The notes under the pieces are model-generated. The model had not been told where the DNA came from. It did not search any database and saw nothing but the letters and a program-made list of their open reading frames with translations. Shown here in pieces: positions 9,104 through 19,193 of a stretch of DNA of 64,000 nucleotides. The stretch's first letter is position 1. Each line of letters begins with the position of its first letter. The position numbers and the translations under genes were made by a program. This DNA is from a virus. The DNA is taken from IMG/VR virus record IMGVR_UViG_3300046008_000291, positions 32,001 to 96,000 of that record, one strand, 5' to 3'.

Positions 9104-10125
9104 TTATTGTGGGATGATACTAATTTTAAATAATGATGTCTATTATACTCTATTGTTGGCAACATTTCTTGGAATATACTGTTAAGCTCGTCTAAGGAAA
9201 ATGTAGCTATACGATCTATTTCTTGTTTAATAGCTTCAAATCGCTGATAATTATTTTCAATTTGGTCATAACTTTCATCAAACCATGGGCTAAATGTTTT
9301 AAATCCTGCTTGTTGTAACCGTGTTAGGCTGTGTGCGCCTGACATCATAATGAATGGTCGACCTATATATAAATTCTTAATTGCTTTTTCTGTGATCCAT
9401 GTATTACTCACACAGTCTGTTTCTACAACAATTTCCATAAAATAATCATGATACGGTTTACGGCCGGCACCTACTATCATGTCATGACTGTATACTCGCA
9501 TTGGAAATAGTTGATCATATACAATAGGTGTATTGGCGTCGGCCCAGGCTATATCATCTTCGAAGTGTTTACGAAATGGTAGATCAACCAGCATACCACG
9601 TTCTTGATATGATATGTACGAGTCTTCTCTATAGTGAGTAAACAATTGTCGAGCTATTTGTAATCGATAAAACGTGCCTCGGTGAAACCATGCGGCAAAT
9701 TTCTTAGTAAATCGATTAGTAGACATAGGTATGTCTTTAATAGTTGGATATAATACATTTATCCACATTTGTATGCTGTCATGTTTGAGTATAGTTACAT
9801 TGGGTATATCTAAATCATCTCTACAGAACATAACACAGGTTTCGGTAGTAAGATTGTATTTTTTAATAATCAACTTGACAATTTCTATGCCGCCTGACAG
9901 AATCGGATTACAACCGTCTTCGAATACAAAAAGAAAACGTTTGCCTTCGCCTATTTTATCAACTTGATATATTAATTGATCAGTACCCATAAATGCATAG
10001 TTACGATCAAACATACTATTAAAGTTAAGTGCAATTACATCTTCTATTTCAATGATAGGCACACTTCTGTCTGCCCATGGTCTATTTAAATATACCTGCC
10101 AGAAAAATTTTGTTAATTTATGCAT
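9100..10125 (-). CDS. Putative glycosyltransferase-like protein (TEK motif)
   Basis: IVVETD...WITEKAIKNLYIGRPFIM...GFKTFSPWFDESYD. Confidence 0.45.
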   Translation of the reverse strand: MHKLTKFFWQVYLNRPWADRSVPIIEIEDVIALNFNSMFDRNYAFMGTDQLIYQVDKIGEGKRFLFVFEDGCNPILSGGIEIVKLIIKKYNLTTETCVMFCRDDLDIPNVTILKHDSIQMWINVLYPTIKDIPMSTNRFTKKFAAWFHRGTFYRLQIARQLFTHYREDSYISYQERGMLVDLPFRKHFEDDIAWADANTPIVYDQLFPMRVYSHDMIVGAGRKPYHDYFMEIVVETDCVSNTWITEKAIKNLYIGRPFIMMSGAHSLTRLQQAGFKTFSPWFDESYDQIENNYQRFEAIKQEIDRIATFSLDELNSIFQEMLPTIEYNRHHYLKLVSSHNK

Positions 10126-10145
10126 ACAAATATTTATTACTCAAG

Positions 10146-10182
10146 AAAAAAGGCATTAAAAAATGCCTTTTTATAAAACTAA
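10146..10182. terminator. Bidirectional intrinsic terminator
   Basis: AAAAAAGGCATT-AAAA-AATGCCTTTTT. Confidence 0.85.
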
Positions 10183-10189
10183 TTTGTTA

Positions 10190-12166
10190 TTATTGTAGCC
10201 CTGCTATTTTACGCATTTGTGCGATATCTTCATCAAATTGTTTATTGTATAATGACACATCGTCTTCTGGTTCATCTTTAGCTATTGCCTTGATACCATG
10301 AGGGATAGTTTTAAGTTTGTCTTTGAAGCTTAATGGTTTTGCGCCCATACGTTTTAATTTTTCATCTTTGTTAACGTGATCTTCGTAACCTTCTGCTAAT
10401 GCCGCTTTCATTTCTTCTTTAGATTTGTTATACTTTGCCTGAAATTCTTCATCTGATAGTTCTGTAAGATCCATGTCAACTTCTTTCATACGTCCTTCGT
10501 TCATTTCTGGATATTCTACGCCCACTTCGTTATATACTTGACGGACCATAGCACTAATATCACTTGAGCCTAATTCTTCCATCGGTGCGTGGAATGATGC
10601 TACATCACGTGCAGCATTCATAACACCATCTGGGCCTGCTTTCATTAATAGTTCTTGGTGTTGCCTAATGTTGCTTGTAATTCTACGAATAATTGCTGTT
10701 TGGATTGATTCAACTTGGTCTTCATCGTATTCGCCTTCGCTCATTCCACGATTAAACTGATCTGGGTTGTCACGATCTTGGTCAAATTCTAAATCGCTAC
10801 CATATTCTTGATCAGGTTCGTCAAGGTCACGATCAAATTCCATGTCGTCACCACCTTCATCAACTGTCTGATCGGCTGGCTCTACGTCGCCGATTTCGTT
10901 CATAACTTTACCGTAGATTTCTGGCATATTTTCTTGTACCCAATCCATAACTACATCACGTGCATCAGCTTCTGGGTCTTGGTCTGCTAGTGACTCTAAC
11001 TGATCAAACAATACATCGTCGCCAATTAAGTTGTATAATGCGCTGGTAGCATTAGTAGCATCTACACCAACAATAAGTGGTTCCATTAGTAAATCGATTA
11101 GTTTAGTAACTTGTTCTTCACCTTCTGGTGTAGCCCATGTACCTTCAGCTACATTAGTAGCCCATGATTCAAATTGTTGTGCGAATTTATTAGATTTTTT
11201 CATATTATATGCCTTTTGTACAATTGGTAGTGCCGAATCAGTTGCGTCATTGTAAGTTTTTCTAACGAAACGCTCACGCATACTATCAACGTCAAAGTCA
11301 TCCATTAGAGTTTGTTCATCCATCTGGAAACTTTCTTTGCAAGCAGCGTAACCCTTACGTCCGCTCATTCTTTTTAGAGTGTCATTCAATAAACCATGAT
11401 ATTCAAATGCCGCTTCCACCATAGCTTGTGTTTCGGCATCTTCAAATGTTCTACGTACCATTTGTGATTTAAATGGGCGTAGTTTACTACATTCTTCTGC
11501 TACTTTAGTAATGTGTTGACCGAAATCATCATTAACATTACCGCCTTCCGATACGTGGCGTGCCATAGCACGTGCGTATCTTAAATTGTTGTATGGTAAT
11601 TTGAAACGCTCACCGTCTGTTGTTTCAACAAACAATGCTTTAATTTTGCGACTACGTGCGCCACGTTGCTCTGGGTCTACTCTGTCGCTGTGACGTACAA
11701 TAATCTTCACGTTGCCATCTTGCTCGTAACTGCTACGACTTGTGCCGTGCATTCTGCTTTCACCGATGACTTCATCTTTACTATATGTGCTGTCTGATTT
11801 GCTTACTTGTTGTAAGTCACGGTGTTTTAGTGTACTACGTGTAATATCACGTGGCTCAAAGCTCAATAGATTACGTTTAGCAAACTCACGTAGCTCTCTT
11901 AAAAAGCCATACCATTTAGCTTTTTCTTCTTCATCTAAGTCACTGCTGATATTTTTACTAAAGTATATTTTAAGTGAAGTTTCATCAATAACGCTAATTG
12001 TTATATTACCGTGGCTTGTACCATCAACTGTATAATCAAAGTTGAAAAAACGTGCATCTTCTGGGTTTTGTGTTGCCTTGGCATTTTCATCGCCTAAGCT
12101 AACATCTTCAAACCTATCACGGATCTTTTCAAACAATGCTTCAGATATTTTATTAATTTCTCTCAT
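10190..12166 (-). CDS. Large hypothetical protein, probably virion-internal
   Basis: ORF track 10190..12181; likely start MREINK (12166), 4 nt after TAAATA. Acidic, and ends in QMRKIAGLQ. Confidence 0.75.
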   Translation of the reverse strand: MREINKISEALFEKIRDRFEDVSLGDENAKATQNPEDARFFNFDYTVDGTSHGNITISVIDETSLKIYFSKNISSDLDEEEKAKWYGFLRELREFAKRNLLSFEPRDITRSTLKHRDLQQVSKSDSTYSKDEVIGESRMHGTSRSSYEQDGNVKIIVRHSDRVDPEQRGARSRKIKALFVETTDGERFKLPYNNLRYARAMARHVSEGGNVNDDFGQHITKVAEECSKLRPFKSQMVRRTFEDAETQAMVEAAFEYHGLLNDTLKRMSGRKGYAACKESFQMDEQTLMDDFDVDSMRERFVRKTYNDATDSALPIVQKAYNMKKSNKFAQQFESWATNVAEGTWATPEGEEQVTKLIDLLMEPLIVGVDATNATSALYNLIGDDVLFDQLESLADQDPEADARDVVMDWVQENMPEIYGKVMNEIGDVEPADQTVDEGGDDMEFDRDLDEPDQEYGSDLEFDQDRDNPDQFNRGMSEGEYDEDQVESIQTAIIRRITSNIRQHQELLMKAGPDGVMNAARDVASFHAPMEELGSSDISAMVRQVYNEVGVEYPEMNEGRMKEVDMDLTELSDEEFQAKYNKSKEEMKAALAEGYEDHVNKDEKLKRMGAKPLSFKDKLKTIPHGIKAIAKDEPEDDVSLYNKQFDEDIAQMRKIAGLQ

Positions 12167-12181
12167 ATTGTATTTATTCAA

Positions 12182-13744
12182 TTAGAACATTATGAATGGC
12201 ATTGGCTCGATAAAATCATCAAGTGTATCGCGCATTGCATTGTCAAGTGTTGCATCATATGTTTGTAGTAGCATTGCCATACGTACTATTAACACCAGGC
12301 TCATCACCAAGTCATCTGTTTCGCCGGGCTTAGCCGCAAAACTTGATCCAGTTGCTACAAATGTTTTTAATTCTGATATTAGGTTCTTACTAGCAATAGT
12401 CATACGTTTGGTTTCTATTAGATTTTTTAACTTAGAACAAGCTGATATTTTGCTTTTGTTTGTAGTATTAAATCCTTTACGATAGCGTCTGCCAGAGCCC
12501 ATAGCCTTAGGTTCATTTAAGAATGTTCCTTTGATATTTTCCTCGCCCATTTCGGCTACTGTTATTAGTGCCGCTTCACCTATTGTGTTGTTTTCCATAC
12601 TGTAGTAAATGTTGTTTACTGGTATTGTTTCTGCCAGATAGCGTGTGATTTCTCGTAATATACCGATTTGTTGCTGTATTGGTGTGCGATTGTGTTGCCA
12701 TTCTCCTACTTGCATAAAGCTAGGCAATTCAAATATTTGTATTGCCGCAGGATCACCACCTGTACCAAGACTAGGATCCAATGCTACAAGATAAGTGTTT
12801 GTTGGGCTAGGTTTTTTATACCAACGTATTTGACCTTGTCGTTCAATTGGGTCAATTCCGTCCATTTCAATTAAATGTCCTGGATTAATTAATGTTTCGT
12901 CCCAGATAATAAATTCACAATCCATTTCACGACGGAAACGTTCGTCACCTAATTGACTACGCTGTTCTGCGGCCCATTTATCATCTCTATCCGGATGTTC
13001 GCGCCAGAAGCTACGGAATGATTTAAACCCATTAACTCCTAATTCAGTGGCATTGCCAAATTCGTCGATGCATTTGTTGGCTCCTTTCCATAAGGTAGCA
13101 AATTGGTCTTCATCTGAATTAGGTGTTGATGTGATAATACATTTACCACCTGTTGCTAGTGTAGGACTAATAGAAGTCCAGAATTCACGGCCAATGGTAC
13201 TGCGCACAAACGCAAACTCATCGCAATATAATAATGAAATAGACATACCCCGGCCGGTATTTTCTGTTGTAGTTGATGAGTTAATTCTACTGCCATTTTC
13301 AAAGTCTATACTACCTTTGTTGTAGCTTGTGGCACCGGCACGTATAAAGTCGGGACACAGCTCGTATGCATAACGTATACGAGCCATAATTTCTTGTGAA
13401 CCTGTGTATTTGTGTGCGGCAATTAGGATAGTACTATCTGGTACAAACATAGCGTACCATAGCAAGTAGCCTGCAGCAGATGTTGATTTGCCTGTTTGTC
13501 GCGGCATTAATGATATGCTAAAACGATAGTTGTGATATGTTTCAATTAAACGTTTTTGATAATCAAATGGTTGGTACAACATACGACCTTTAGTAGGATG
13601 CTGTATATAGAAATAGTTACTCATAAAGTATTCTGGCCCGGTAATAGGGTCAGCACAACGAGCAAACTCTAAGATTTGCTGTTCGGTAAAGGTTTCTGTT
13701 TGGTGCGCACGTTTTACAAGTACGCCTTCAAGTGATTTAGCCAT
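12182..13744 (-). CDS. gp17: Terminase large subunit (T4 gp17-like)
   Basis: MPRQTGKST Walker A, LLYCDEFAF Walker B, ITSTPN, RNase H-like ALDPS...GDPAA, TDDLVM. Confidence 0.97.
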   Translation of the reverse strand: MAKSLEGVLVKRAHQTETFTEQQILEFARCADPITGPEYFMSNYFYIQHPTKGRMLYQPFDYQKRLIETYHNYRFSISLMPRQTGKSTSAAGYLLWYAMFVPDSTILIAAHKYTGSQEIMARIRYAYELCPDFIRAGATSYNKGSIDFENGSRINSSTTTENTGRGMSISLLYCDEFAFVRSTIGREFWTSISPTLATGGKCIITSTPNSDEDQFATLWKGANKCIDEFGNATELGVNGFKSFRSFWREHPDRDDKWAAEQRSQLGDERFRREMDCEFIIWDETLINPGHLIEMDGIDPIERQGQIRWYKKPSPTNTYLVALDPSLGTGGDPAAIQIFELPSFMQVGEWQHNRTPIQQQIGILREITRYLAETIPVNNIYYSMENNTIGEAALITVAEMGEENIKGTFLNEPKAMGSGRRYRKGFNTTNKSKISACSKLKNLIETKRMTIASKNLISELKTFVATGSSFAAKPGETDDLVMSLVLIVRMAMLLQTYDATLDNAMRDTLDDFIEPMPFIMF

Positions 13745-13757
13745 ACAAATACTTATG

Positions 13758-14066
13758 TTAGAAAGGAGATTCGCCTGTCAAATAAGGCTTAGAAAACCAT
13801 AAACGGAACCACTCGGGTGTTCCTGGCTTTACGTTGTTTTGTTGTTGGTATTTTATTTTTTCGTCAGCAGTAACGCTACAGTTACTACCTTCGTCGCTAG
13901 TTTGGCTAGCAGTATATTCTTGTAGCTGTGCTAGCCCGCCTAGTCCAGATCCATTTAATCCAGCAAGTGCTTTCATTTCATGTATAGGATCGGCAGAGTC
14001 AAGTACAGCATCAGGAATAGTGTCCTGAGAATAGTCTTGTGTACGAATGGAATATTGTTTAAACAC
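13758..14066 (-). CDS. Hypothetical protein
   Basis: ORF in the late operon; contains HEMKALAGL and VKPGTPEWFRLWF. Confidence 0.7.
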   Translation of the reverse strand: MFKQYSIRTQDYSQDTIPDAVLDSADPIHEMKALAGLNGSGLGGLAQLQEYTASQTSDEGSNCSVTADEKIKYQQQNNVKPGTPEWFRLWFSKPYLTGESPF

Positions 14067-14412
14067 CGTATTTGTTTTTCTTTGGCGCGGCTACAGGACT
14101 GACTTTGTTTACTTTGCTGGACTCGACACTGTCTTTGCCGCCATGCGTTTTACGTTTAAGTCCAAACTTCTTAGCTGCGTGAGCAATAATTTTATCGTCG
14201 GCATCGCTGTAACCTACTGTTACAAAGTCACTGCCGGTGCCGGCACGTTGATCAGCGTCTACATCAGGTGCGCCGGCTAGCTCAATACCAAAGCGGTAGG
14301 CTAGGTATGGGTTAGCGTTGTTATCTAAATGAGGGAAAGACTGAAGATTAGGAAGGGCATTTTTAGAACCCGTTCTAACATCACCTTCAGTAACTATTTC
14401 ATTAATTTTCAT
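14059..14412 (-). CDS. Hypothetical protein (putative internal head protein)
   Basis: N-terminus MKINEIVTEG resembles a gp21-cleavable propeptide. Confidence 0.65.
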   Translation of the reverse strand: MKINEIVTEGDVRTGSKNALPNLQSFPHLDNNANPYLAYRFGIELAGAPDVDADQRAGTGSDFVTVGYSDADDKIIAHAAKKFGLKRKTHGGKDSVESSKVNKVSPVAAPKKNKYGV

Positions 14413-14753
14413 TAGTATTTGCCTGTTAGTGTAGCTATTTGTTTACGTAACTGTTCAAGCTCATCTGTAAGTGCGTCAAGTTTATCACTATTTGCATCAA
14501 TTGCTAATTCTTCACTATCATTTTCAATTTCTAATTGATCAATGTCTGCTTCTTCTGCATCATTTTCTGCACCAAGCGTTTTAATATCAGACATACTGTG
14601 TTTGTTTGCTTTACGTACTAATGTTGCTAATGCGCCAAAATCATCATTATTTGCATCGGGATACTTAGCCTTTGCTATATTCAGCATATTTTGTGTTTCT
14701 GGGTCCATAGTGGCCTCAGCAAGTTGCTCAATATATTCGCGTAATGTTTTCAT
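14412..14753 (-). CDS. Hypothetical acidic coiled-coil protein (putative internal head protein)
   Basis: MKTLREYIEQLAEA N-terminus; TAATG-type coupling with the downstream gene. Confidence 0.65.
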   Translation of the reverse strand: MKTLREYIEQLAEATMDPETQNMLNIAKAKYPDANNDDFGALATLVRKANKHSMSDIKTLGAENDAEEADIDQLEIENDSEELAIDANSDKLDALTDELEQLRKQIATLTGKY

Positions 14754-14754
14754 T

Positions 14755-15060
14755 TTAATATTCGTCGTCTTCTTCTAGTCTACCACGTAGATCAGTTACA
14801 GAACCTGTTTGACTATTACTACGCAAAAATGCTTCAAGCCACGGGCGAGTGTATGCACCAACAACATTACCTACTTCTTTAGTAGATTCAAGTTGATTCG
14901 CAATTCTAACCGCTTCCGATAATGCTTCCTCGAGTTGATCTATTAGATCAGCCGCGTGGCTAGTGCCTTCATCATCCCAAAGTGCTTCTTGGACTGGCTG
15001 TTCTAATGAACTACCGTTTTCAACAATCATCGCATATTTTTTTAATAAGTCTGAACTCAT
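14755..15060 (-). CDS. Hypothetical protein
   Basis: 101-aa ORF in the tightly packed operon. Confidence 0.65.
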   Translation of the reverse strand: MSSDLLKKYAMIVENGSSLEQPVQEALWDDEGTSHAADLIDQLEEALSEAVRIANQLESTKEVGNVVGAYTRPWLEAFLRSNSQTGSVTDLRGRLEEDDEY

Positions 15061-17054
15061 TTTGTTAGACCTTTTAACAAGCTAGTATATTTGCTCCAGC
15101 TAGTATCTTTAGCTTCTGCAACTGCCATCGGATTGTCACCTGGCTGTGCAATTTTGTAAGCACGTTTAGTAGCATGTAAATCATTGCCGCTTGGAATAGC
15201 AGCATCAATGCCAGCTGTTTGTTCGCGTGGACTGTTTACGTATTCTGGATCACGTTCTTCATCAACTGCATCAATCATACCTTGTGCAATAGCTGATTCT
15301 GCATCTTGTGGTAATTCAACTGCTTGTATTACTGGTTGTGCTGTAACTTGTTCCATGCCTGCTAGTTTACGGAATAAGTTAAGTGCATCTTCTTGACCGT
15401 TAGCAGTAATGTTGACATTAATATCTTCTTTAACTGTGTAACGTTTACCAGCAACTTCGAACTCTTTAGCACCACTTGCCTTAGCAGCTGCTAATGCGCC
15501 TGAGAATTCATTGCCTTCTGCCATTTCTGCTTCTGGTAAGGAATCCATATCAACATTAATTTCAGCTGGTGGATTAGGTAGTAATTCAGCTTCAACAACA
15601 CCTGCGGCAGCATAGAATTTATCATGGCTGAAGCGTGGGTTTTGCTGTTTAAATATATCAGCGTGATGTTGTGCTAACTCTTTACGTTTAGCCTCATCTG
15701 GAATATTTTTAATTAAATCTGCTACCATACGGAAGTCTTTACGGCTTGCAGCTTCATTAATTGAACTTTCGTCTAACTCTTCTAAGCTAGATCTTTCTAA
15801 TCCAATTTCTTGTGCTACATCAGTTTCGGCAACAGGAGCAGGCAATCCAGCTAATGCTGCAATTTCATCTAATTCTGATATACCACCCAAGTGACTATTC
15901 ATTGGAGCACCGCACTCAGCAACTTCTTTACAGTAGTGGCTATATGATGTTGCTACGTCACCTAAGAAATCTTCGTCCATTAAAAGAATGTTTCTAGCAC
16001 GGTTAGGTTGGATACCTTGTGCTACCATTTCTTTACGCACAGCCATTTCAAATTCGCTGTCTGCTGTGTTTAAATTAGGATTCTTTTCACATAATGCTTT
16101 GGCAACTTGTTCATAGAAGTAATCAGTTTCTTCCATTACTCGACCTTCTTTAATTTTAGCAAGTTTAGCTTTTTTCATAGCAGGAGCAGAATTTTTAATT
16201 TTGCCAGCATCTTTAAACTCGGTGCCTTCGTTTATCTCGTAATCTTCATCGTCGCCTACATCAACTACGTTGTAACGGCTTTTACGATCCATAATATCTT
16301 TTTCACGACGGTCTTGTTCTTCTTCACCGCCATATTTTTTACCTTTGTGCGTGGTTACATTACCTTGCTTAGTGACAACTCCACCTGTAGCTGTAGTTAA
16401 TTCGTCTAACTCTTCTGGCTCATCTTGATATGTTGCTTGATGAATACGAACATTTGGCTCTGCATCTTTACCGCTAAACCAGTCGTCTTTTTCTGCTCGA
16501 CGATCTTCAATATCTTGTAAGCGACGGCGTTTTTCTGCCGCAGATTTTTTAGCACTTGCTGGATCAATACTAGTATCTGTATCTGGATCAGCAAATTGAT
16601 AGCTATCTAAGTCAGTTAAATCATCCATTCCTTCTTTAATTTTTAATTTGCTAGTTAGGTCGTTTGCATCACCGCCAAACATATCTTTAAACGCACCTTT
16701 GGCATTGTTTTTATCTTTAACTGCTTTCTTAGGTGGTTGATTAAAAGATGAGGAGTGACGTACACCGTATTCATCGTAGTCGTCGCTACTAAAAGGTTCA
16801 GCTTTTTTTTCCTTAACAGCTTGCTTCATTGGCTCTTTCTTGTCGCCATCTTTATCTAAGTCTAAGAAGTCTGGTTTAGCGGCAGCTTCTTTAAAAGTTT
16901 GATATTTTGCTTCTAAACTTTTAACTGCTTCGGTGATACTACCACGTGCATCTACGCTTTCGTAGACTGTAGTAGCTTCTGTATCTGGCGTTGGTGCGGC
17001 AGTATCAGAAATGCCTTTTAACTTGCCTAAGATGTTGTAGATGTTGTTGCTCAT
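15057..17054 (-). CDS. Large acidic low-complexity protein, putative prohead core/internal protein
   Basis: Start moved to MSNNIYNILG (17054). Has an EF-hand-like DLDKDGD, many (I/L/V)xE sites and two LAG(L/M) motifs. Confidence 0.7.
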   Translation of the reverse strand: MSNNIYNILGKLKGISDTAAPTPDTEATTVYESVDARGSITEAVKSLEAKYQTFKEAAAKPDFLDLDKDGDKKEPMKQAVKEKKAEPFSSDDYDEYGVRHSSSFNQPPKKAVKDKNNAKGAFKDMFGGDANDLTSKLKIKEGMDDLTDLDSYQFADPDTDTSIDPASAKKSAAEKRRRLQDIEDRRAEKDDWFSGKDAEPNVRIHQATYQDEPEELDELTTATGGVVTKQGNVTTHKGKKYGGEEEQDRREKDIMDRKSRYNVVDVGDDEDYEINEGTEFKDAGKIKNSAPAMKKAKLAKIKEGRVMEETDYFYEQVAKALCEKNPNLNTADSEFEMAVRKEMVAQGIQPNRARNILLMDEDFLGDVATSYSHYCKEVAECGAPMNSHLGGISELDEIAALAGLPAPVAETDVAQEIGLERSSLEELDESSINEAASRKDFRMVADLIKNIPDEAKRKELAQHHADIFKQQNPRFSHDKFYAAAGVVEAELLPNPPAEINVDMDSLPEAEMAEGNEFSGALAAAKASGAKEFEVAGKRYTVKEDINVNITANGQEDALNLFRKLAGMEQVTAQPVIQAVELPQDAESAIAQGMIDAVDEERDPEYVNSPREQTAGIDAAIPSGNDLHATKRAYKIAQPGDNPMAVAEAKDTSWSKYTSLLKGLTK

Positions 17055-17058
17055 TTTA

Positions 17059-17664
17059 TTATTTTCCTTTAACTGGGCTTGGTATTTTATTTTGTACTGA
17101 GCCCACTGGGCTTTGTGTTCCTTGTGGTAAATCATTTGTTGTTTTACCATCTGCCGGTTCATTGCCAGCAATTTCAAACTTAACTTTGTTTAATTCTTTA
17201 AGAAAACTACCTTGACTGTATGCTTTACTAGCTTCTTCGCCGCAGGCACATTCATCATGTGAGTATTCTTTATCTAATACTGCTTCACCTTTTTTGAATT
17301 CACGCACATCGTTGCCTTCTAAATTCCAACGACGTTGTTCTTCTGGGTGATGCGGACTTACTACTACAATGCTTGCCTGTGGAATGCCTGCACGCTCGCT
17401 AACAATGGCACGTAGTTGTGCTTCGTTAACTGGATATGTAAGTACAACATCCATCAAATAAATTTGACAGTTTGCCATACTTGGAAAATCAATATCACTA
17501 GGCTGAATTGGTAAACGTTTAGCTTTACTCATACTTTCTAAGCCATATGCATCAAGTGCTGCTTCCAATACTGCTAGTTTTTCAGCTGGGTCAATGTTAG
17601 CAATTTTAATGCGAAACTCATAGGTCTTGTGACTTTCAGTTAAATGTTGTAGAAAATTCTTCAT
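17059..17664 (-). CDS. Hypothetical protein
   Basis: RBS AAGGA and a TAAATA box upstream; N-terminus MKNFLQHLTES. Confidence 0.75.
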   Translation of the reverse strand: MKNFLQHLTESHKTYEFRIKIANIDPAEKLAVLEAALDAYGLESMSKAKRLPIQPSDIDFPSMANCQIYLMDVVLTYPVNEAQLRAIVSERAGIPQASIVVVSPHHPEEQRRWNLEGNDVREFKKGEAVLDKEYSHDECACGEEASKAYSQGSFLKELNKVKFEIAGNEPADGKTTNDLPQGTQSPVGSVQNKIPSPVKGK

Positions 17665-17706
17665 AGTTTTATATATCCTTACAGTTATTTATTCAAAATT
17701 GCTGTT

Positions 17707-18216
17707 TTAATCTGGCTTGCTTTTGCCTAGTATCTGTGCTAGTAAGGCGTTTCTATCAAGCACTACACCACCGCTAGTACCATCTACCGCATCAAGTAAC
17801 TTATCACCATCTGTCTTACTAGCATCTTTTGCTGCCTGCTGATCTAATCGCATCTTTTTAAGTTGTAGATCAATTGTACGTATCTTTCTATCAATCTTAG
17901 CCTGTTTAGCAGTGATTGCATGTCCTAGCAATGTACCCGCTGTGGCTAAGATATGCCCGCTAAAGCGTGCTTCAACATTCATACCTAAATCCATTAGGTC
18001 TTGAAACTTGTCTTTAGCTAGGTCACTTAACTCATCTAGTTCTTTATCAGTTACATCTAGATCGTTGACGTGTGGCAGTGCCGCATCAATTTTATCAATA
18101 GTAAGATCCATTTCTTCAATGAGTGCTCTATTTTCTTCAATTGTGGTGGTTGCGTCGTCTACGGTAGCTTCTTCAGTAGGAGCAAGGTTAAAGAGTTCTT
18201 CAAGTTTTTTTGTCAT
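17707..18216 (-). CDS. gp16: Putative terminase small subunit (gp16-like)
   Basis: 169 aa, helical, with DLMDLGMNVEAR...TLLGHAITAK core and LDRNALL tail; lies upstream of gp17 in the same operon. Confidence 0.55.
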   Translation of the reverse strand: MTKKLEELFNLAPTEEATVDDATTTIEENRALIEEMDLTIDKIDAALPHVNDLDVTDKELDELSDLAKDKFQDLMDLGMNVEARFSGHILATAGTLLGHAITAKQAKIDRKIRTIDLQLKKMRLDQQAAKDASKTDGDKLLDAVDGTSGGVVLDRNALLAQILGKSKPD

Positions 18217-18222
18217 AGTAAA

Positions 18223-19188
18223 CTATTTATTGTGTATTGGTATAACATTATATTTTGTTTGTCGTATGTTAGTGCTCTGATTGTTATTGCACACATCACA
18301 TAATCCAATTTCTCGACTACTTGTAATATAAAAATGTTCAAGCTCTTCAGGAGTTGTATTAGTTAAATCTATCGGCTTGTATTTTAAATATTTTTGCCAG
18401 TCCGGATCATCGAGTTGTCCTTTAATTTTTAATAGATATGGCATTACTAAAAACCAGCTACATTTGTATAACTTAGAATCAACAAGTGCATGACAATGCG
18501 GCATACCGCAACCATTAGCATACGAGCCCGCAGGATCATTTGTGGCATATGGTTTCAATAATCCATCAATTTCAAAATATCCGGCTTTGAATTCTGCGAG
18601 CCTTGAAACTTGGACAGTATTTGAGTTTACGTGATATATTTCCGCCCATGATGATAATTTATGTAAATTAGTTGCTGTTACAGCATCTTTATTATTTTTT
18701 AACCAAGTTACATCAAGCGTCAATGGTATAGACGATACCTTGTCAGCGGCTAAGTTCTCTACGAATTTATCTAATTTAGCATGATATTTCTTTGCAATTA
18801 CATCTCGCGAAAATAATGTAAAATGATCAGTTATATCTACATTGCATGGGTGATAAGTTTCACATAGTGATAATAATGGTTTTTTAAATTTATCTATTAG
18901 TAGGCCATTGGTTAACAAACAGATCACGGTAGTCGGATAGTATTCTCGGATTTTTTTAACTATAAGCTGTACTTTATCCCAATATAGGAACAATTCGCCG
19001 CCAATGAGATCTATTGATTCTGGGTCAACATACTTACTAAGATCTTCTATACTTTTGTATATTGATTCTATTGTTGGATCAAATTGAGAATCTTTAATGA
19101 AGTCGGATCCACTAGAGCAACCACGACAACTAAGATTGCACCGATGACCGTATATTATTTCAACTGTTTTTAATTTGATTCGTTGCAT
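18223..19188 (-). CDS. Radical SAM protein with a Cys-rich C-terminal (SPASM/twitch-like) region
   Basis: CNLSCRGC (CxxxCxxC), LIGGELFL, LLTNGLL, then C..C...KLYKC...CDVC. Confidence 0.88.
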   Translation of the reverse strand: MQRIKLKTVEIIYGHRCNLSCRGCSSGSDFIKDSQFDPTIESIYKSIEDLSKYVDPESIDLIGGELFLYWDKVQLIVKKIREYYPTTVICLLTNGLLIDKFKKPLLSLCETYHPCNVDITDHFTLFSRDVIAKKYHAKLDKFVENLAADKVSSIPLTLDVTWLKNNKDAVTATNLHKLSSWAEIYHVNSNTVQVSRLAEFKAGYFEIDGLLKPYATNDPAGSYANGCGMPHCHALVDSKLYKCSWFLVMPYLLKIKGQLDDPDWQKYLKYKPIDLTNTTPEELEHFYITSSREIGLCDVCNNNQSTNIRQTKYNVIPIHNK

Positions 19189-19193
19189 AGTAT

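Noticed and set aside
12182-13744. Intein or intron in terminase, portal or capsid genes
   Set aside because: Lengths are normal, motifs are contiguous, and there is no C/S...HN-C splice signature
17055-17177. N-terminal extension of the 706-aa ORF (also the extended starts at 954, 12181, 25225, 51184 and 63868)
   Set aside because: These extensions overlap neighbouring genes or promoters; downstream ATGs fit the RBS, promoter and stop-start coupling better
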